Source of the DNA: Candidatus Saccharicenans sp. | Lineage (GTDB): Bacteria; Acidobacteriota; Aminicenantia; Aminicenantales; Saccharicenantaceae | Reading direction: 5' to 3' | DNA length: 64,000 nt | Assembly (NCBI GenBank): GCA_049719515.1 | Contig: JBNARJ010000012.1 | Span: 2,823-66,822 of the forward strand | Shown: positions 27,580 through 37,326 of the stretch, one piece after another | Layout of the letters: each line of letters opens with the position of its first letter | Position numbering within the stretch: position 1 is the first letter of the stretch | Position numbers and translations under genes: made by a program | Notes under the pieces: generated by a model | What the model saw: the letters and a program-made list of their open reading frames with translations, nothing else | What the model was told of the DNA's origin: nothing | Database searches by the model: none

Positions 27580-28365
27580 ATGGCCAGCCCCATCTGGAGA
27601 CCTTTTTGGGATGGATTTTTCTTCGAGCTGGGCCAGGTTTTTGAGCTCGGCTGGCAGGCTTTAAAAGGAATTTTTAAAAAGCCTTTCGAAAAAACCAATT
27701 TCCTTCAGCAGCTGGAAGAAGTTGGGGTCAATTCACTACCCGTGGTTTCACTGACGGCGGCTTTTGGCGGGCTGGTTTTCGGGTTGCAGACTTATTTAGC
27801 CTTTCACCGTTACATCGGACCCGGGTCAGAATCTCAGGGAGGGCCGATTATTGCCGTTGGCCTTTGCCGCGAGCTGATTCCCATCTTGGTCGGACTGATG
27901 GTGGCCGGCCGGGTTGGTTCGGCCATGGCGGCGGAAATCGGCACGATGAAAATAACCGAGCAGATAGATGCCCTGTTCAGCCTGGGGGCCCATCCGGTCA
28001 GGTATCTGGTGGTTCCCCGGTTATTGGCCAGCCTCATCATGGTGCCAATCCTGACGCTCTACGGAGATGTTATTGGTATCTTTGGCGGCTTTGCCTACAA
28101 CGTTTTTTTGATGAAGGTGAACCAGACTCTGTACGTGCAGAACACCCTGAAATATTTTGAAATGTGGGACGTGTCGGTTGGCCTGATAAAAGCCGTCGTC
28201 TTTGGCCTGGTGATTGCCGTGGTTGGTTGCTGGCAGGGCATGACCGCGGAAGGCGGGGCAGAAGGTGTGGGGCGGGCCACGACCAAATCGGTGGTGGTGG
28301 CCAGCATCGCCATACTCATACTGAATTTCTTCCTGAGTAAGGTTTTGCCGTCAACGCTGAATTGA
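27580..28365 (+). CDS. mlaE: MlaE-family ABC permease
   Basis: VGVNSLPVV, RELIP, AGRVGSAMAAEIGTMKITEQIDAL, GAEGVGRATT. Confidence 0.93.
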   Translation: MASPIWRPFWDGFFFELGQVFELGWQALKGIFKKPFEKTNFLQQLEEVGVNSLPVVSLTAAFGGLVFGLQTYLAFHRYIGPGSESQGGPIIAVGLCRELIPILVGLMVAGRVGSAMAAEIGTMKITEQIDALFSLGAHPVRYLVVPRLLASLIMVPILTLYGDVIGIFGGFAYNVFLMKVNQTLYVQNTLKYFEMWDVSVGLIKAVVFGLVIAVVGCWQGMTAEGGAEGVGRATTKSVVVASIAILILNFFLSKVLPSTLN

Positions 28366-28400
28366 GAGAAGATAAAAACTGGATTAATGGGCAGAAAATT

Positions 28401-29159
28401 ATGAGCAGAATAAAAATCAAGCTGGTTGACGTCCATAAATCTTTTGGCCCTAAAAAAGTTCTGTCCGGTGTCAACCTCGATGTTTTTGAAAACGAGACCA
28501 TCGTGATTATCGGGCAGAGCGGTTCGGGGAAAAGCGTCCTGCTCAAACACATCATCGGGATTATGAAACCTGACCGGGGGCACATTTATGTTGATGGCCA
28601 GGATATAACCTCACTGTCAGAAGAAGAAATGATGAAATTAAGCCGGAAGTTCGGCATGCTTTTCCAGGGGGCCGCCCTGTTTGATTCTCTGACGGTGGCT
28701 GAAAATGTGGCTTTTGGCCTGCGGCGGCATACCAATTTATCAGAAAAAGAAATTGAAGAGGTGGTGAAGGCCAGTTTGGAACGAGTCGGATTGCGGGGAG
28801 TGGAAAACTTGCTGCCCTATGAGCTGTCTGGGGGGATGAAAAAGAGGGTCGGTTTGGCCAGAGCCATCGCTTACAACCCGGAAATAATTCTTTATGACGA
28901 ACCGACCACCGGCCTGGACCCGATCCGGGCGGATGCCATCAACGATTTAATCCTGCAGCTTAAAAAAGACCTGTGTGTCACTTCCGTTGTGATAACGCAT
29001 GACATGAACTCGACCTACAAAATAGCCGACCGCATTGCCATGCTGTATGATGGCCGTATAATTGAGGTCGGGACGCCGGAAGAAATAAGAAATTCTTCCA
29101 ACCCGGTGGTCCAGCAGTTCATAAATGGACGGGCCACCGGCCCGATTGAAGAATGGTGA
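28401..29159 (+). CDS. mlaF: MlaF-family ABC ATPase
   Basis: GQSGSGKS, MLFQGAALFDS, LSGGMKKRVGLARA, LYDEPTTGLDP. Confidence 0.93.
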   Translation: MSRIKIKLVDVHKSFGPKKVLSGVNLDVFENETIVIIGQSGSGKSVLLKHIIGIMKPDRGHIYVDGQDITSLSEEEMMKLSRKFGMLFQGAALFDSLTVAENVAFGLRRHTNLSEKEIEEVVKASLERVGLRGVENLLPYELSGGMKKRVGLARAIAYNPEIILYDEPTTGLDPIRADAINDLILQLKKDLCVTSVVITHDMNSTYKIADRIAMLYDGRIIEVGTPEEIRNSSNPVVQQFINGRATGPIEEW

Positions 29160-29168
29160 GGTGCGGAC

Positions 29169-30479
29169 ATGACCCGAAGAGAAGTTAGGGTTGGCATTTT
29201 CATTTCTGGGGCCTTCATCCTTCTTGCCCTCCTGATTCTGTTCGTGGGTGATGTGCAGGAGCTGTTCAAAAAACCCGGCTACCGGGTTTACGCCGTGTTT
29301 GATTCAGCCCTCGGCCTGGAAAAAAACGCGGCCGTTAAAATGGCCGGCATTAAAATTGGGCTGGTGAAGGATATAACCCTTGATGGCCGTCGGGCCCGGG
29401 TGACCATGAGCATTTATCCGAATTACCGAATACCCCACGGTTCGCGGGTTACCCTGGCTTCTCTGGGAATTCTGGGAGAAAAATACGTGGAAATTGTTCC
29501 TGGCAAGGAAGATACATATTACGAGCCGGAAGAAATCATGGAATCGCTTCCGCCGATAAGCTTTGACCAGTTAGGGACATTGCTGCTCTCGATGGGCGAA
29601 GATGTCAAAAGGGTAAGCAATTCTATAAACAACGTTGTCAGTAAGGACTTAGGGCCCAACCTCAAAAAAACTCTCGAAAACCTTCAGTCGCTCACAGCAG
29701 AGCTTGATAGCCTGCTCAAGGAAAACCGAGAAGCCTTGCACCAGACAATTCAGAACTCCGCACAGACCATCAGCACGCTTAACCAACAAATAAACAGCGT
29801 TTCCCGGGAAGTGCAGGACACCCTGGGTGAGGTGAAGGGTCTGGTGAAAGACAACCGGGGACAGGTCCGCGAAAGCTTAGAGAAACTGAAGGCAAACCTG
29901 GATAAGCTCGAGGAAACGCTCAACAGCCTCAACCACACCTTGCAGAAGATTGAGAAGGGAGAAGGCACAGCCGGGCGATTGGTGAACGACCCGCAACTTT
30001 ATGAAGAAGCGAAAGAAACGATTAGCCAGGTAAAAAGCATAAGCTCTTCAGTTTCAGCGCTAAAGCCGATGGCCGGCCTTCAGGGCTGGTATTATGGCGA
30101 GAGCGAAAAAATTAAGGGAAACTTGATGGCCGGTTTGACCTGGAAGGAAAAGTTGATGTTTTCAGCCGGCCTGAGCAACCGGATAGCAGACGACCATATC
30201 CTGTATTCAGTCCAGGGCGGCTGGAAATTTCAAAATCTGGCTCTGCGGGGAGGTCTGATTGAATCAAAATTTGGCGCGGGGGTTGACCTTTATCTTTTGA
30301 AAGACCGGTTGTCCCTGAGTGTTGAAGGTTTTGATTTTAACCGCTCTTCGCGGCCGCAATTCAGGTTTTATGGCCGTGTTTACCCGGCCAAGAATTTTTT
30401 CCTGCTGGCCGGGCTGGAGGATTTTTCTTTGGCTTCCAACCGCGAATTTTTCTTCGGACTGGGATGGTCATGGCGCTGA
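29169..30479 (+). CDS. mlaD: MCE/MlaD protein with a long coiled coil and a C-terminal beta-rich domain
   Basis: N-terminal TM; MCE motifs GLEKNAAVKMAGIKIG and GILGEKYVEI; heptad-like region; beta-strand-like C-terminus ending FFFGLGWSWR. Confidence 0.88.
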   Translation: MTRREVRVGIFISGAFILLALLILFVGDVQELFKKPGYRVYAVFDSALGLEKNAAVKMAGIKIGLVKDITLDGRRARVTMSIYPNYRIPHGSRVTLASLGILGEKYVEIVPGKEDTYYEPEEIMESLPPISFDQLGTLLLSMGEDVKRVSNSINNVVSKDLGPNLKKTLENLQSLTAELDSLLKENREALHQTIQNSAQTISTLNQQINSVSREVQDTLGEVKGLVKDNRGQVRESLEKLKANLDKLEETLNSLNHTLQKIEKGEGTAGRLVNDPQLYEEAKETISQVKSISSSVSALKPMAGLQGWYYGESEKIKGNLMAGLTWKEKLMFSAGLSNRIADDHILYSVQGGWKFQNLALRGGLIESKFGAGVDLYLLKDRLSLSVEGFDFNRSSRPQFRFYGRVYPAKNFFLLAGLEDFSLASNREFFFGLGWSWR

Positions 30480-30497
30480 ATCAGAATTGCTTGACGG

Positions 30498-31865
30498 GTG
30501 AAAACTAAGATGAAAAAAGGAACAGTCTTTGTCTGCCAGAACTGCGGCTTTCGCTTGCCCAAGTGGCTGGGCCGGTGCACCATGTGCGGTGAGTACAACA
30601 CGATGGTGGAAGAGCTGGAAGAAGAAGTAATCGTTGACCTCTCAGAAACAGGCAGCGAAGCAGTCCTCTACTCCGAGGTGAAAGAAACAGCCGGGCAGAG
30701 AATCCAGGTGGGCATTGAGCCGGTTAACAACGTGCTCGGCGGCGGCTTGGTTCTGGGTTCGGTGGTGCTCATTGGCGGTGAACCGGGAATCGGCAAATCG
30801 ACGCTTCTGCTCCAGGTGTCGCGGGATTTGGCCGGCCGAGAAAATCCGGTGCTGTATGTTTCCGGAGAGGAATCACTCGAGCAGATAAAACTTCGGGGCG
30901 CCCGTCTCGGTTTATCCGATGAAAAAGTTTATCTTCTGGCGGAAACTTCCCTGGAAAGAATAATAAACATTGCTGACCGTATGAACCCACGCGCTCTGGT
31001 GGTGGATTCGGTCCAGACCATTTTTTCTTCCAAACTTACGTCCAGCCCGGGCACGATAAGTCAGGTGCGGGAAGTAACCAACCAGGTTTTCCGACTGGCC
31101 AAGAAGAACCAGATTCCGGTTTTTTTGATCGGGCACATAACCAAAGACGGAACCCTGGCCGGGCCAAAATCGCTCGAGCACATGGTGGACGTGGTGCTTC
31201 TGTTTGAAGGGGAAAGGGACCATAACCACCGCGTTCTGCGGGTGCTTAAGAACCGCTTCGGGCCGGTGTCGGAGCTGGCCATCTTTGAAATGAGTCAGTC
31301 TGGCCTTCGGCCGATTGACAACCCCTCGGCATTTTTCTTGCGGGAGCGGCCGATGAATGAACCGGGCAGCGTGGTCGTTTCCACCATCAAGGGCACCCGG
31401 CCCCTGCTGGTTGAAATCCAGGCCCTCGTTTCGTCGACCCTTTTTTCGGGCAATCCCCGGCGGATGTCCATCGGGCTGGACCATTACCGGGTAGCCATGC
31501 TGCTCGCCCTGGTGGAAAAGAAAATCGGTTACAGTTTTGCCGGTGAAGATATTTACCTTAACGTCGCCGGCGGCCTGACGGTCGATGAGCCGGCCGCCGA
31601 TTTAGGAGTGGTGCTGGCCGTTATCTCGTCAGTTAAAAACATCCCGCTGCCGCGGGAGATGGCTGTTTTTGGCGAAGTGGGGTTGAGCGGCGAAGTTCGG
31701 TCGGTAAGCCAACCGGTTGCCCGGGTAAAGGAAGCTCGTTCCCTTGGTTTTGAAATGGTGCTGATGCCGGAGGGCAATCTGCCGCAGTTAGCCGGCGAAA
31801 ATCTGTCCGGCATAAGATGTCTCGGGGTGGGTTCGGTCAGGAAAGCCCTGTCTCAGATATTTTAA
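30498..31865 (+). CDS. radA: DNA repair protein RadA/Sms
   Basis: CQNCG..W.GRCTMC zinc finger, GGEPGIGKSTLL, KNRFG, FGEVGLSGEVR. The start may be 30510. Confidence 0.97.
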   Translation: MKTKMKKGTVFVCQNCGFRLPKWLGRCTMCGEYNTMVEELEEEVIVDLSETGSEAVLYSEVKETAGQRIQVGIEPVNNVLGGGLVLGSVVLIGGEPGIGKSTLLLQVSRDLAGRENPVLYVSGEESLEQIKLRGARLGLSDEKVYLLAETSLERIINIADRMNPRALVVDSVQTIFSSKLTSSPGTISQVREVTNQVFRLAKKNQIPVFLIGHITKDGTLAGPKSLEHMVDVVLLFEGERDHNHRVLRVLKNRFGPVSELAIFEMSQSGLRPIDNPSAFFLRERPMNEPGSVVVSTIKGTRPLLVEIQALVSSTLFSGNPRRMSIGLDHYRVAMLLALVEKKIGYSFAGEDIYLNVAGGLTVDEPAADLGVVLAVISSVKNIPLPREMAVFGEVGLSGEVRSVSQPVARVKEARSLGFEMVLMPEGNLPQLAGENLSGIRCLGVGSVRKALSQIF

Positions 31866-31918
31866 TTTTAAGCGTATTCTTGTAAAATAAGCCTGAACCT
31901 GAAGGAAGGATTAATAAC

Positions 31919-32908
31919 ATGGGATTAATAGTTTTCAGGTTAATTATTGTCATTTTGTTAACCGTTGCCGGTTATTTTTATCCACCGTTTACGCTCGGTG
32001 CTAAAAGCGGTGCGGCGGTTGGCTTCATCCTGTCCGTTTTGATTATCTTTTTAGAAAACCGCGTGCGGAAAGCGCAATTCAGAATCATCTGGACCGCTTC
32101 TGTTGGAACTTTACTGGGCGTGGTCGTCGGCTGGCTGCTTGGCTCGATATACCATAACATCGTCCAGACCTCCTCCATGGCAAATTTTATCCGCATTTTT
32201 TTCTTGGTGGCTTTCCCTTACATTGGTTTTCTGCTGGGCATCAAGAAACCGGAATGGCTGGAACCGGCATTCTTGGTTAATTTTTTTAAGAGCAAGAGCG
32301 AGGAGCATTCTTACAAGCTGCTCGACACCTCGGTCATCATTGACGGGCGGATTGCGGAGGTTTGCGATACTGGTTTCATAGAAGGGGTGCTGGCGGTCCC
32401 CCAGTTCGTGCTTAAGGAATTGCAGCTGGTGGCAGATTCCCCGGACCCCTTAAAAAGGCAGAGGGGCCGGCGCGGTCTGGAAGTGCTCGACCGCTTGCAG
32501 AAAAATTCGAAGATTAAAGTAGTTATTTCTGACCTGGATTTTCCTGAAGTCAAAGACGTGGATTCCAAGTTAATTGAGTGTGCCAAAAGCCTTAAAGCCA
32601 AGATTATTACCAATGATTTTAACCTGAACAAGGTAGCCAAGCTGCAGGGCATAGAAGTGCTCAACATAAACGAGCTGGCCAACGCCCTCAAGCCGGTAGT
32701 TCTTCCGGGTGAAACGATGAGGGTTTTTATCCTTAAAGAGGGTAAAGAAAAGGACCAGGGCGTGGCTTACCTGGATGACGGGACGATGGTCGTGGTGGAT
32801 AACGCACGACGGATGATTGGACAGACGGTGGATATAACCGTGACTTCGGTGCTGCAGACCACCGTCGGCAAAATGATTTTTGGACGTTATAACGGGGAGC
32901 TTCACTGA
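31919..32908 (+). CDS. Membrane PIN/TRAM domain protein (YacL-like)
   Basis: N-terminal TM helices; LDTSVIIDGRI (PIN), RGRRGLEVL, TNDFNLNKVA, YLDDGTMVVV (TRAM). Confidence 0.93.
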   Translation: MGLIVFRLIIVILLTVAGYFYPPFTLGAKSGAAVGFILSVLIIFLENRVRKAQFRIIWTASVGTLLGVVVGWLLGSIYHNIVQTSSMANFIRIFFLVAFPYIGFLLGIKKPEWLEPAFLVNFFKSKSEEHSYKLLDTSVIIDGRIAEVCDTGFIEGVLAVPQFVLKELQLVADSPDPLKRQRGRRGLEVLDRLQKNSKIKVVISDLDFPEVKDVDSKLIECAKSLKAKIITNDFNLNKVAKLQGIEVLNINELANALKPVVLPGETMRVFILKEGKEKDQGVAYLDDGTMVVVDNARRMIGQTVDITVTSVLQTTVGKMIFGRYNGELH

Positions 32909-32951
32909 TAAATTTATCGACTTGTAGTACAAGGCAAAAAGGTAAAATCAG

Positions 32952-33431
32952 ATGAGTCAGAGAGTTGGTCTGGGCTATGACCTCCACCGTTTGGTGCCAG
33001 GGCGAAAATTAATTCTGGGCGGAGTAGAAATCCCGGCCGAGAAAGGCAGCCTGGGCCATTCTGACGCCGACGTTCTGGTGCATTCTTTAATTGATGCTCT
33101 GCTGGGTGCCTGTGGTTTGGGAGATATCGGGCAGAAATTTCCAGACACCGACCCGGCCTATTCCGGAATTTCCAGCCTCGTCCTGTTAAGGCAAGTTATG
33201 GAAGAGGTAAGGGCAGCTGGCTTTTCTGTCATCAACAGCGATAGCCTGGTCGTTCTGGAGAAGCCCAAAATAGCTCCTTACATAGACCTGATGAAAGCGA
33301 ATCTGTATCCCATAATCGGGATTTCTCCGGATAAGATAAGCATCAAAGGGAAAACCGCTGAAGGTACCGGGGAAATCGGGTCCGGACAGGCCATTGCCTG
33401 CTGGTCTGTTGTTCAGGTCAGCCGGGAATAA
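32952..33431 (+). CDS. ispF: 2-C-methyl-D-erythritol 2,4-cyclodiphosphate synthase
   Basis: RVGLGYDLH, GHSDADVLVH, GDIGQKFPDTD, KGKTAE. Confidence 0.96.
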   Translation: MSQRVGLGYDLHRLVPGRKLILGGVEIPAEKGSLGHSDADVLVHSLIDALLGACGLGDIGQKFPDTDPAYSGISSLVLLRQVMEEVRAAGFSVINSDSLVVLEKPKIAPYIDLMKANLYPIIGISPDKISIKGKTAEGTGEIGSGQAIACWSVVQVSRE

Positions 33432-33445
33432 CCGGTTGACAGTTT

Positions 33446-33474
33446 TTGATTTAAATTGTTGAATCTGGTATAAT
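33446..33474 (+). promoter_or_regulatory. Sigma70-type promoter upstream of the glutamate dehydrogenase gene
   Basis: TTGATT-17 nt-TATAAT with an extended TGn motif. Confidence 0.7.
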
Positions 33475-33594
33475 ATATTCTAATAATATCAGGGGAGTAA
33501 GGTTTCTTAACTCAGCATAAAAAAAAAAGAAATAATAAAAATTTCATAGGGGAAAGAAACTACTCTTCTGAGAAATCCATGAAAGGAGTGTTAG

Positions 33595-36477
33595 ATGAAA
33601 TCCTTAAAGGAAATTGCTGAAAAAGCATTTCTTTCTGAAGAACAGCTTCAAAAGATTGAAGCTATCATCCTGAAAGACAATTTTTTCCCGGCCGAAGCTG
33701 TCCGCCAGGAGATTGAAACTTTCTGCACGGACCTCGGGCTGAACAGCCAGTATTTTGAGACGACGCCCCTGGAAACCATAGCCAAGCATATTGAAGCTCT
33801 GCGGTCAGCTGAAATTTTGGCCACTTTACGGGGCGAAAAAGAAGTCAAGATCGATTTCGCCACCGAGCATGAAGATGAGGCTTTTTATTTGGTGGAAGAC
33901 AATCACTACCGGGCGATCGAGATTGAAGAGAGGATAGAGAGCAGGTATCCCGGTTATCGACTGCAGTCGTACCGTTCGGCTCGCAAGTTGAAAGGAGTAG
34001 AGCACCTGCGGTGGTATGTGGTCTGCAGGCCGGAATTTCCGACGAAAGAAATTCTGCCGGAAGAAACTGATTTGAGGAAGATTGCCGACAGGGAATTTCT
34101 GCGTTCCATCCCAAAGGAAACCTATGACAGATACCAGAATTTGCTCAAGAAGGCCAAAGATTCAGAGAGACCTTATCTCGAAGCTAACCATGTGACCAAG
34201 GATAATACGCTGCGCATTTCGGTAGTTTGCAAGAGTGATTCTATCCCGCGGTTTTTCATTAATGTTTCCGATGTGCTGAATTCTCACGGTCTTGTTTCCA
34301 GGCGCAAGTATATGGAACATTTTGCTAACGGCAAAACGATATTTACCTTTTATGTTGATGACATAAAAGATGAAAGCAAGCTGCAGGATCTGTTGGAGGA
34401 CATTTCCCTGATTTATGTCATTCCGGAAAGCCCTCTGTCGAAGCTCTTCCGGGAAGGTAAACTCACCGCCCAGGAAACAGTGTTCGGCGTTTCAGCCTGG
34501 AGTTTCTGCCACCAGTTCCTCAGCTCTTTTAATGAAGAATACGAGAAACTTTCCCAGGCCCTCAAGGATTCTCCCGAACTGCTCGGCTTGCTGCGGGAGA
34601 TGAAGACCAGGCTGGCCAAGGAAACATTCACTGAAGACCGGGTGTGGGATGCTTTGATCAGCAATTATCAATTCGTAAAAAAGCTTTTTGTGGCTTTTGA
34701 CAAGAAATTCAACCCGCTCGAAAAAGACCACAGAGTGGAAGAACAGCTCCAGACCCTGAGCAAAGAAATAAACCGCGAAGTTCAGGTCGAAGCTGACCGC
34801 ATAGTTCTGCTGGCGGTCATCAAGTTCATTAACTCTATCCTGCGCACCAATTTCTACAAGCGGGAGAAAGTTTCCATCGCCTACATGTATCACCCTGAAT
34901 TTTTGAACAAAGTTGATTATCCGGTCACGCCATTTGGAGTTTTCCATGTAGTTGGCAAGGAATTGCGCGGCTTCCACATTCGCTTCCGGGACATTGCCCG
35001 CGGCGGCATCAGAATCGTGCGCTCGATAAATTACCAGACTTACCTGAATAATTCTGATTTCATCTTTGATGAAAACTACAACCTGGCCTTAACCCAGCAG
35101 AGGAAAAATAAGGACCTGGCCGAGGGTGGTTCCAAGGGTACCATTCTCCTGCGCTGGGGCTTCAACGACAAAATGTCTGTGGCTTTCAAAAAATACATCG
35201 ACGGCTTGCTCGACCTGATGATGCCCGACCAGAGCATTGTTGATTATTATGGCAAAGATGTTTTCCTGTTCCTCGGTCCCGATGAATGGACGGCGGATTT
35301 AATGGAATGGGCTGCCTATCGGGCAAAAGTTCGCGGTTATAAATTCTGGAAAGCTTTTACCACAGGCAAGCCGCTCAGCATGGGGGGCATTCCGCATGAC
35401 CGCTACGGCATGACCACCAATTCTGTCCATGAATACGTGCTGGGCACGCTGGAAAAACTTGGCCTTAAGGAAGAAAACGTAACCAAGGTCATGACCGGTG
35501 GCCCGGATGGCGACCTGGGTTCTAACGAAATTTTAATTTCCAAGGATAAAATCCTGGCCATCATAGATGGTTCGGGCGTGCTTTATGACCCCGCCGGCAT
35601 CAACCGGAAAGAACTGACCAGGCTGGCCAAAGCCAGAAAGATGGTCGAAAACTTCAACCGCTCCTTGCTCTCTCCGCAGGGCTTCCTGGTCACCATCAAG
35701 GACCGCGACGTAACTCTGCCTGATGGGGAGAAGGTGGAAAACGGGCTGGAATTCCGGAATAATTTCCACCTGCATCCGAAGTTCAGGGCAGACATTTTTG
35801 TGCCCTGCGGCGGACGCCCGGCTTCCGTCAACATCAACAACTGGAAAACCTGGGTTGATGAAGACGGACGCCCGAGGTTCAAGGCCATCATCGAGGGTGC
35901 CAACCTGTTCCTCACGCAGGAAGCCAGGTTAAGGCTGGAAGAAAAGGGTGTGATCATCTACAAAGATGCTTCGGCCAACAAGGGTGGAGTTACTTCTTCT
36001 TCTCTGGAAGTTCTGGCCAGCATGGTGATGACTGACAAAGAATGGGAAGAACTGATGTGCGTCAAAGGCAATCAGGAATCTGAGTTCAGAAAGCAGTATG
36101 TAAAAGAAGTAATTGACATAATCAAGCAGAATGCCAGGATGGAATTTGAAATTATCTGGAAAGAGAATGCTCGCACCGGTATCCCCCGGGCCGTCTTGAC
36201 GGATTTAATCAGCGAGAAGATCAATCAGATTAAAGATGCTGTCAGAGAATCTGACCTGATTAAAGATAAGGTTCTGCTCAAGAAGGTCATTGAAGTTGGG
36301 GTGCCCAAATCACTGGTCAAGCTGGTTGGCGTCAACCGGATCATCAACAAGCTGCCGGAAAACTACCTGAGAGCCCTGTTTGCTTCCAGGCTGGCCGGAC
36401 GGTATGTTTACACCCATGGGCTGCAGGCCAATGAAATCGATTTTTATCGATTCCTGGAAGAGTTCAAGAAAAGCTGA
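33595..36477 (+). CDS. Large (about 110 kDa) NAD-specific glutamate dehydrogenase (GDH2-like)
   Basis: 960 aa; RFRDIARGGIR, KNKDLAEGGSKG, FLGPDE, TGGPDGDLGSNE, EGANLF, KDASANKGGV. Confidence 0.9.
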   Translation: MKSLKEIAEKAFLSEEQLQKIEAIILKDNFFPAEAVRQEIETFCTDLGLNSQYFETTPLETIAKHIEALRSAEILATLRGEKEVKIDFATEHEDEAFYLVEDNHYRAIEIEERIESRYPGYRLQSYRSARKLKGVEHLRWYVVCRPEFPTKEILPEETDLRKIADREFLRSIPKETYDRYQNLLKKAKDSERPYLEANHVTKDNTLRISVVCKSDSIPRFFINVSDVLNSHGLVSRRKYMEHFANGKTIFTFYVDDIKDESKLQDLLEDISLIYVIPESPLSKLFREGKLTAQETVFGVSAWSFCHQFLSSFNEEYEKLSQALKDSPELLGLLREMKTRLAKETFTEDRVWDALISNYQFVKKLFVAFDKKFNPLEKDHRVEEQLQTLSKEINREVQVEADRIVLLAVIKFINSILRTNFYKREKVSIAYMYHPEFLNKVDYPVTPFGVFHVVGKELRGFHIRFRDIARGGIRIVRSINYQTYLNNSDFIFDENYNLALTQQRKNKDLAEGGSKGTILLRWGFNDKMSVAFKKYIDGLLDLMMPDQSIVDYYGKDVFLFLGPDEWTADLMEWAAYRAKVRGYKFWKAFTTGKPLSMGGIPHDRYGMTTNSVHEYVLGTLEKLGLKEENVTKVMTGGPDGDLGSNEILISKDKILAIIDGSGVLYDPAGINRKELTRLAKARKMVENFNRSLLSPQGFLVTIKDRDVTLPDGEKVENGLEFRNNFHLHPKFRADIFVPCGGRPASVNINNWKTWVDEDGRPRFKAIIEGANLFLTQEARLRLEEKGVIIYKDASANKGGVTSSSLEVLASMVMTDKEWEELMCVKGNQESEFRKQYVKEVIDIIKQNARMEFEIIWKENARTGIPRAVLTDLISEKINQIKDAVRESDLIKDKVLLKKVIEVGVPKSLVKLVGVNRIINKLPENYLRALFASRLAGRYVYTHGLQANEIDFYRFLEEFKKS

Positions 36478-36486
36478 AGCTGCGGC

Positions 36487-37248
36487 TTAACTTATTTCGC
36501 CAGTAATGTAGGCCCGGGTTCTGGGGTCCTGCGGAGAAGTAAGGACTTCAGAAGCCGGGCCGAATTCTATAAGCTCTCCCAGATAAAGAAAAGCCACATA
36601 ATCAGCTAACCTTTTAGCCTGTCGTAGGATGTGGGTGACCAGGACGATGGTGTAGTTCTCTTTAAGTCTTAGCAGCTGGGCTTCCACGTTTCGGCTGGAC
36701 TGGGGGTCAAGAGCGGAAGTTGGCTCATCACAGAGGAGGATTTCGGGCTCAACCGCCAGCCCCCGGGCCAGGCACAGCCTCTGCTGCTGACCAATTGAAA
36801 GCCGGTGGGCGGGCTCTCCCAGCCGGTCTTTAACCTCTTCCCACAGGCCGGCTAAGCGCAGATATTTTTCCACCACGCGGTCAAGTGCCTTTTTATCTTT
36901 GAGCCCGTGCAAACGCGGGCCAAAGGCCACGTTATCATAGATTGACATGGGCAGCACCTGCGGTTTTTGAGAAAGAAGCCCCATCTTTTTACGTACGAGA
37001 GTCACGTCCACATCCGGGTCGTATATGTTTTTCCCGTCAACCAGGATTTCACCTTCCACCCTGACTTCTTCCACTTCATCCAGCAGCCGGTTGAAACATT
37101 TAAGCAGGGTGGTTTTACCGCAGCCTGAAGGCCCGATGATAACCGTGATGCGGCGTTCAGGAATCTGCAGTGAAATATTTTTCAGGACCTGGTTTTTCCC
37201 GTAAAAAACATTGACCTTCTTGAGGCTTATTCTTCCCCGGTCAACCAT
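36487..37248 (-). CDS. pstB: PstB-like ABC ATPase (operon 1)
   Basis: GPSGCGKTT, variant signature LSIGQQQRLCLAR, DEPTSALD, YITGEIS. Confidence 0.88.
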   Translation of the reverse strand: MVDRGRISLKKVNVFYGKNQVLKNISLQIPERRITVIIGPSGCGKTTLLKCFNRLLDEVEEVRVEGEILVDGKNIYDPDVDVTLVRKKMGLLSQKPQVLPMSIYDNVAFGPRLHGLKDKKALDRVVEKYLRLAGLWEEVKDRLGEPAHRLSIGQQQRLCLARGLAVEPEILLCDEPTSALDPQSSRNVEAQLLRLKENYTIVLVTHILRQAKRLADYVAFLYLGELIEFGPASEVLTSPQDPRTRAYITGEIS

Positions 37249-37326
37249 TTTTACTCCACCTGAAACAGATTTTTGTTGCTAATTTTTTTCTTGGCAAGGC
37301 CTGGGCAGTCAAGTCTTAGCAGCATT

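Noticed and set aside
31919-33431. ispF present without the usually adjacent ispD
   Set aside because: ispD is often located elsewhere, so absence from a 64-kb window is uninformative.
33495-33565. Possible long-range pairing in the gdh leader (GAGTA..GTTTC with GAAACTACTC), with a GGGGAGTA start reminiscent of yybP-ykoY
   Set aside because: The other conserved riboswitch elements are missing, and the pairing is short and encloses an A-rich unstructured stretch.
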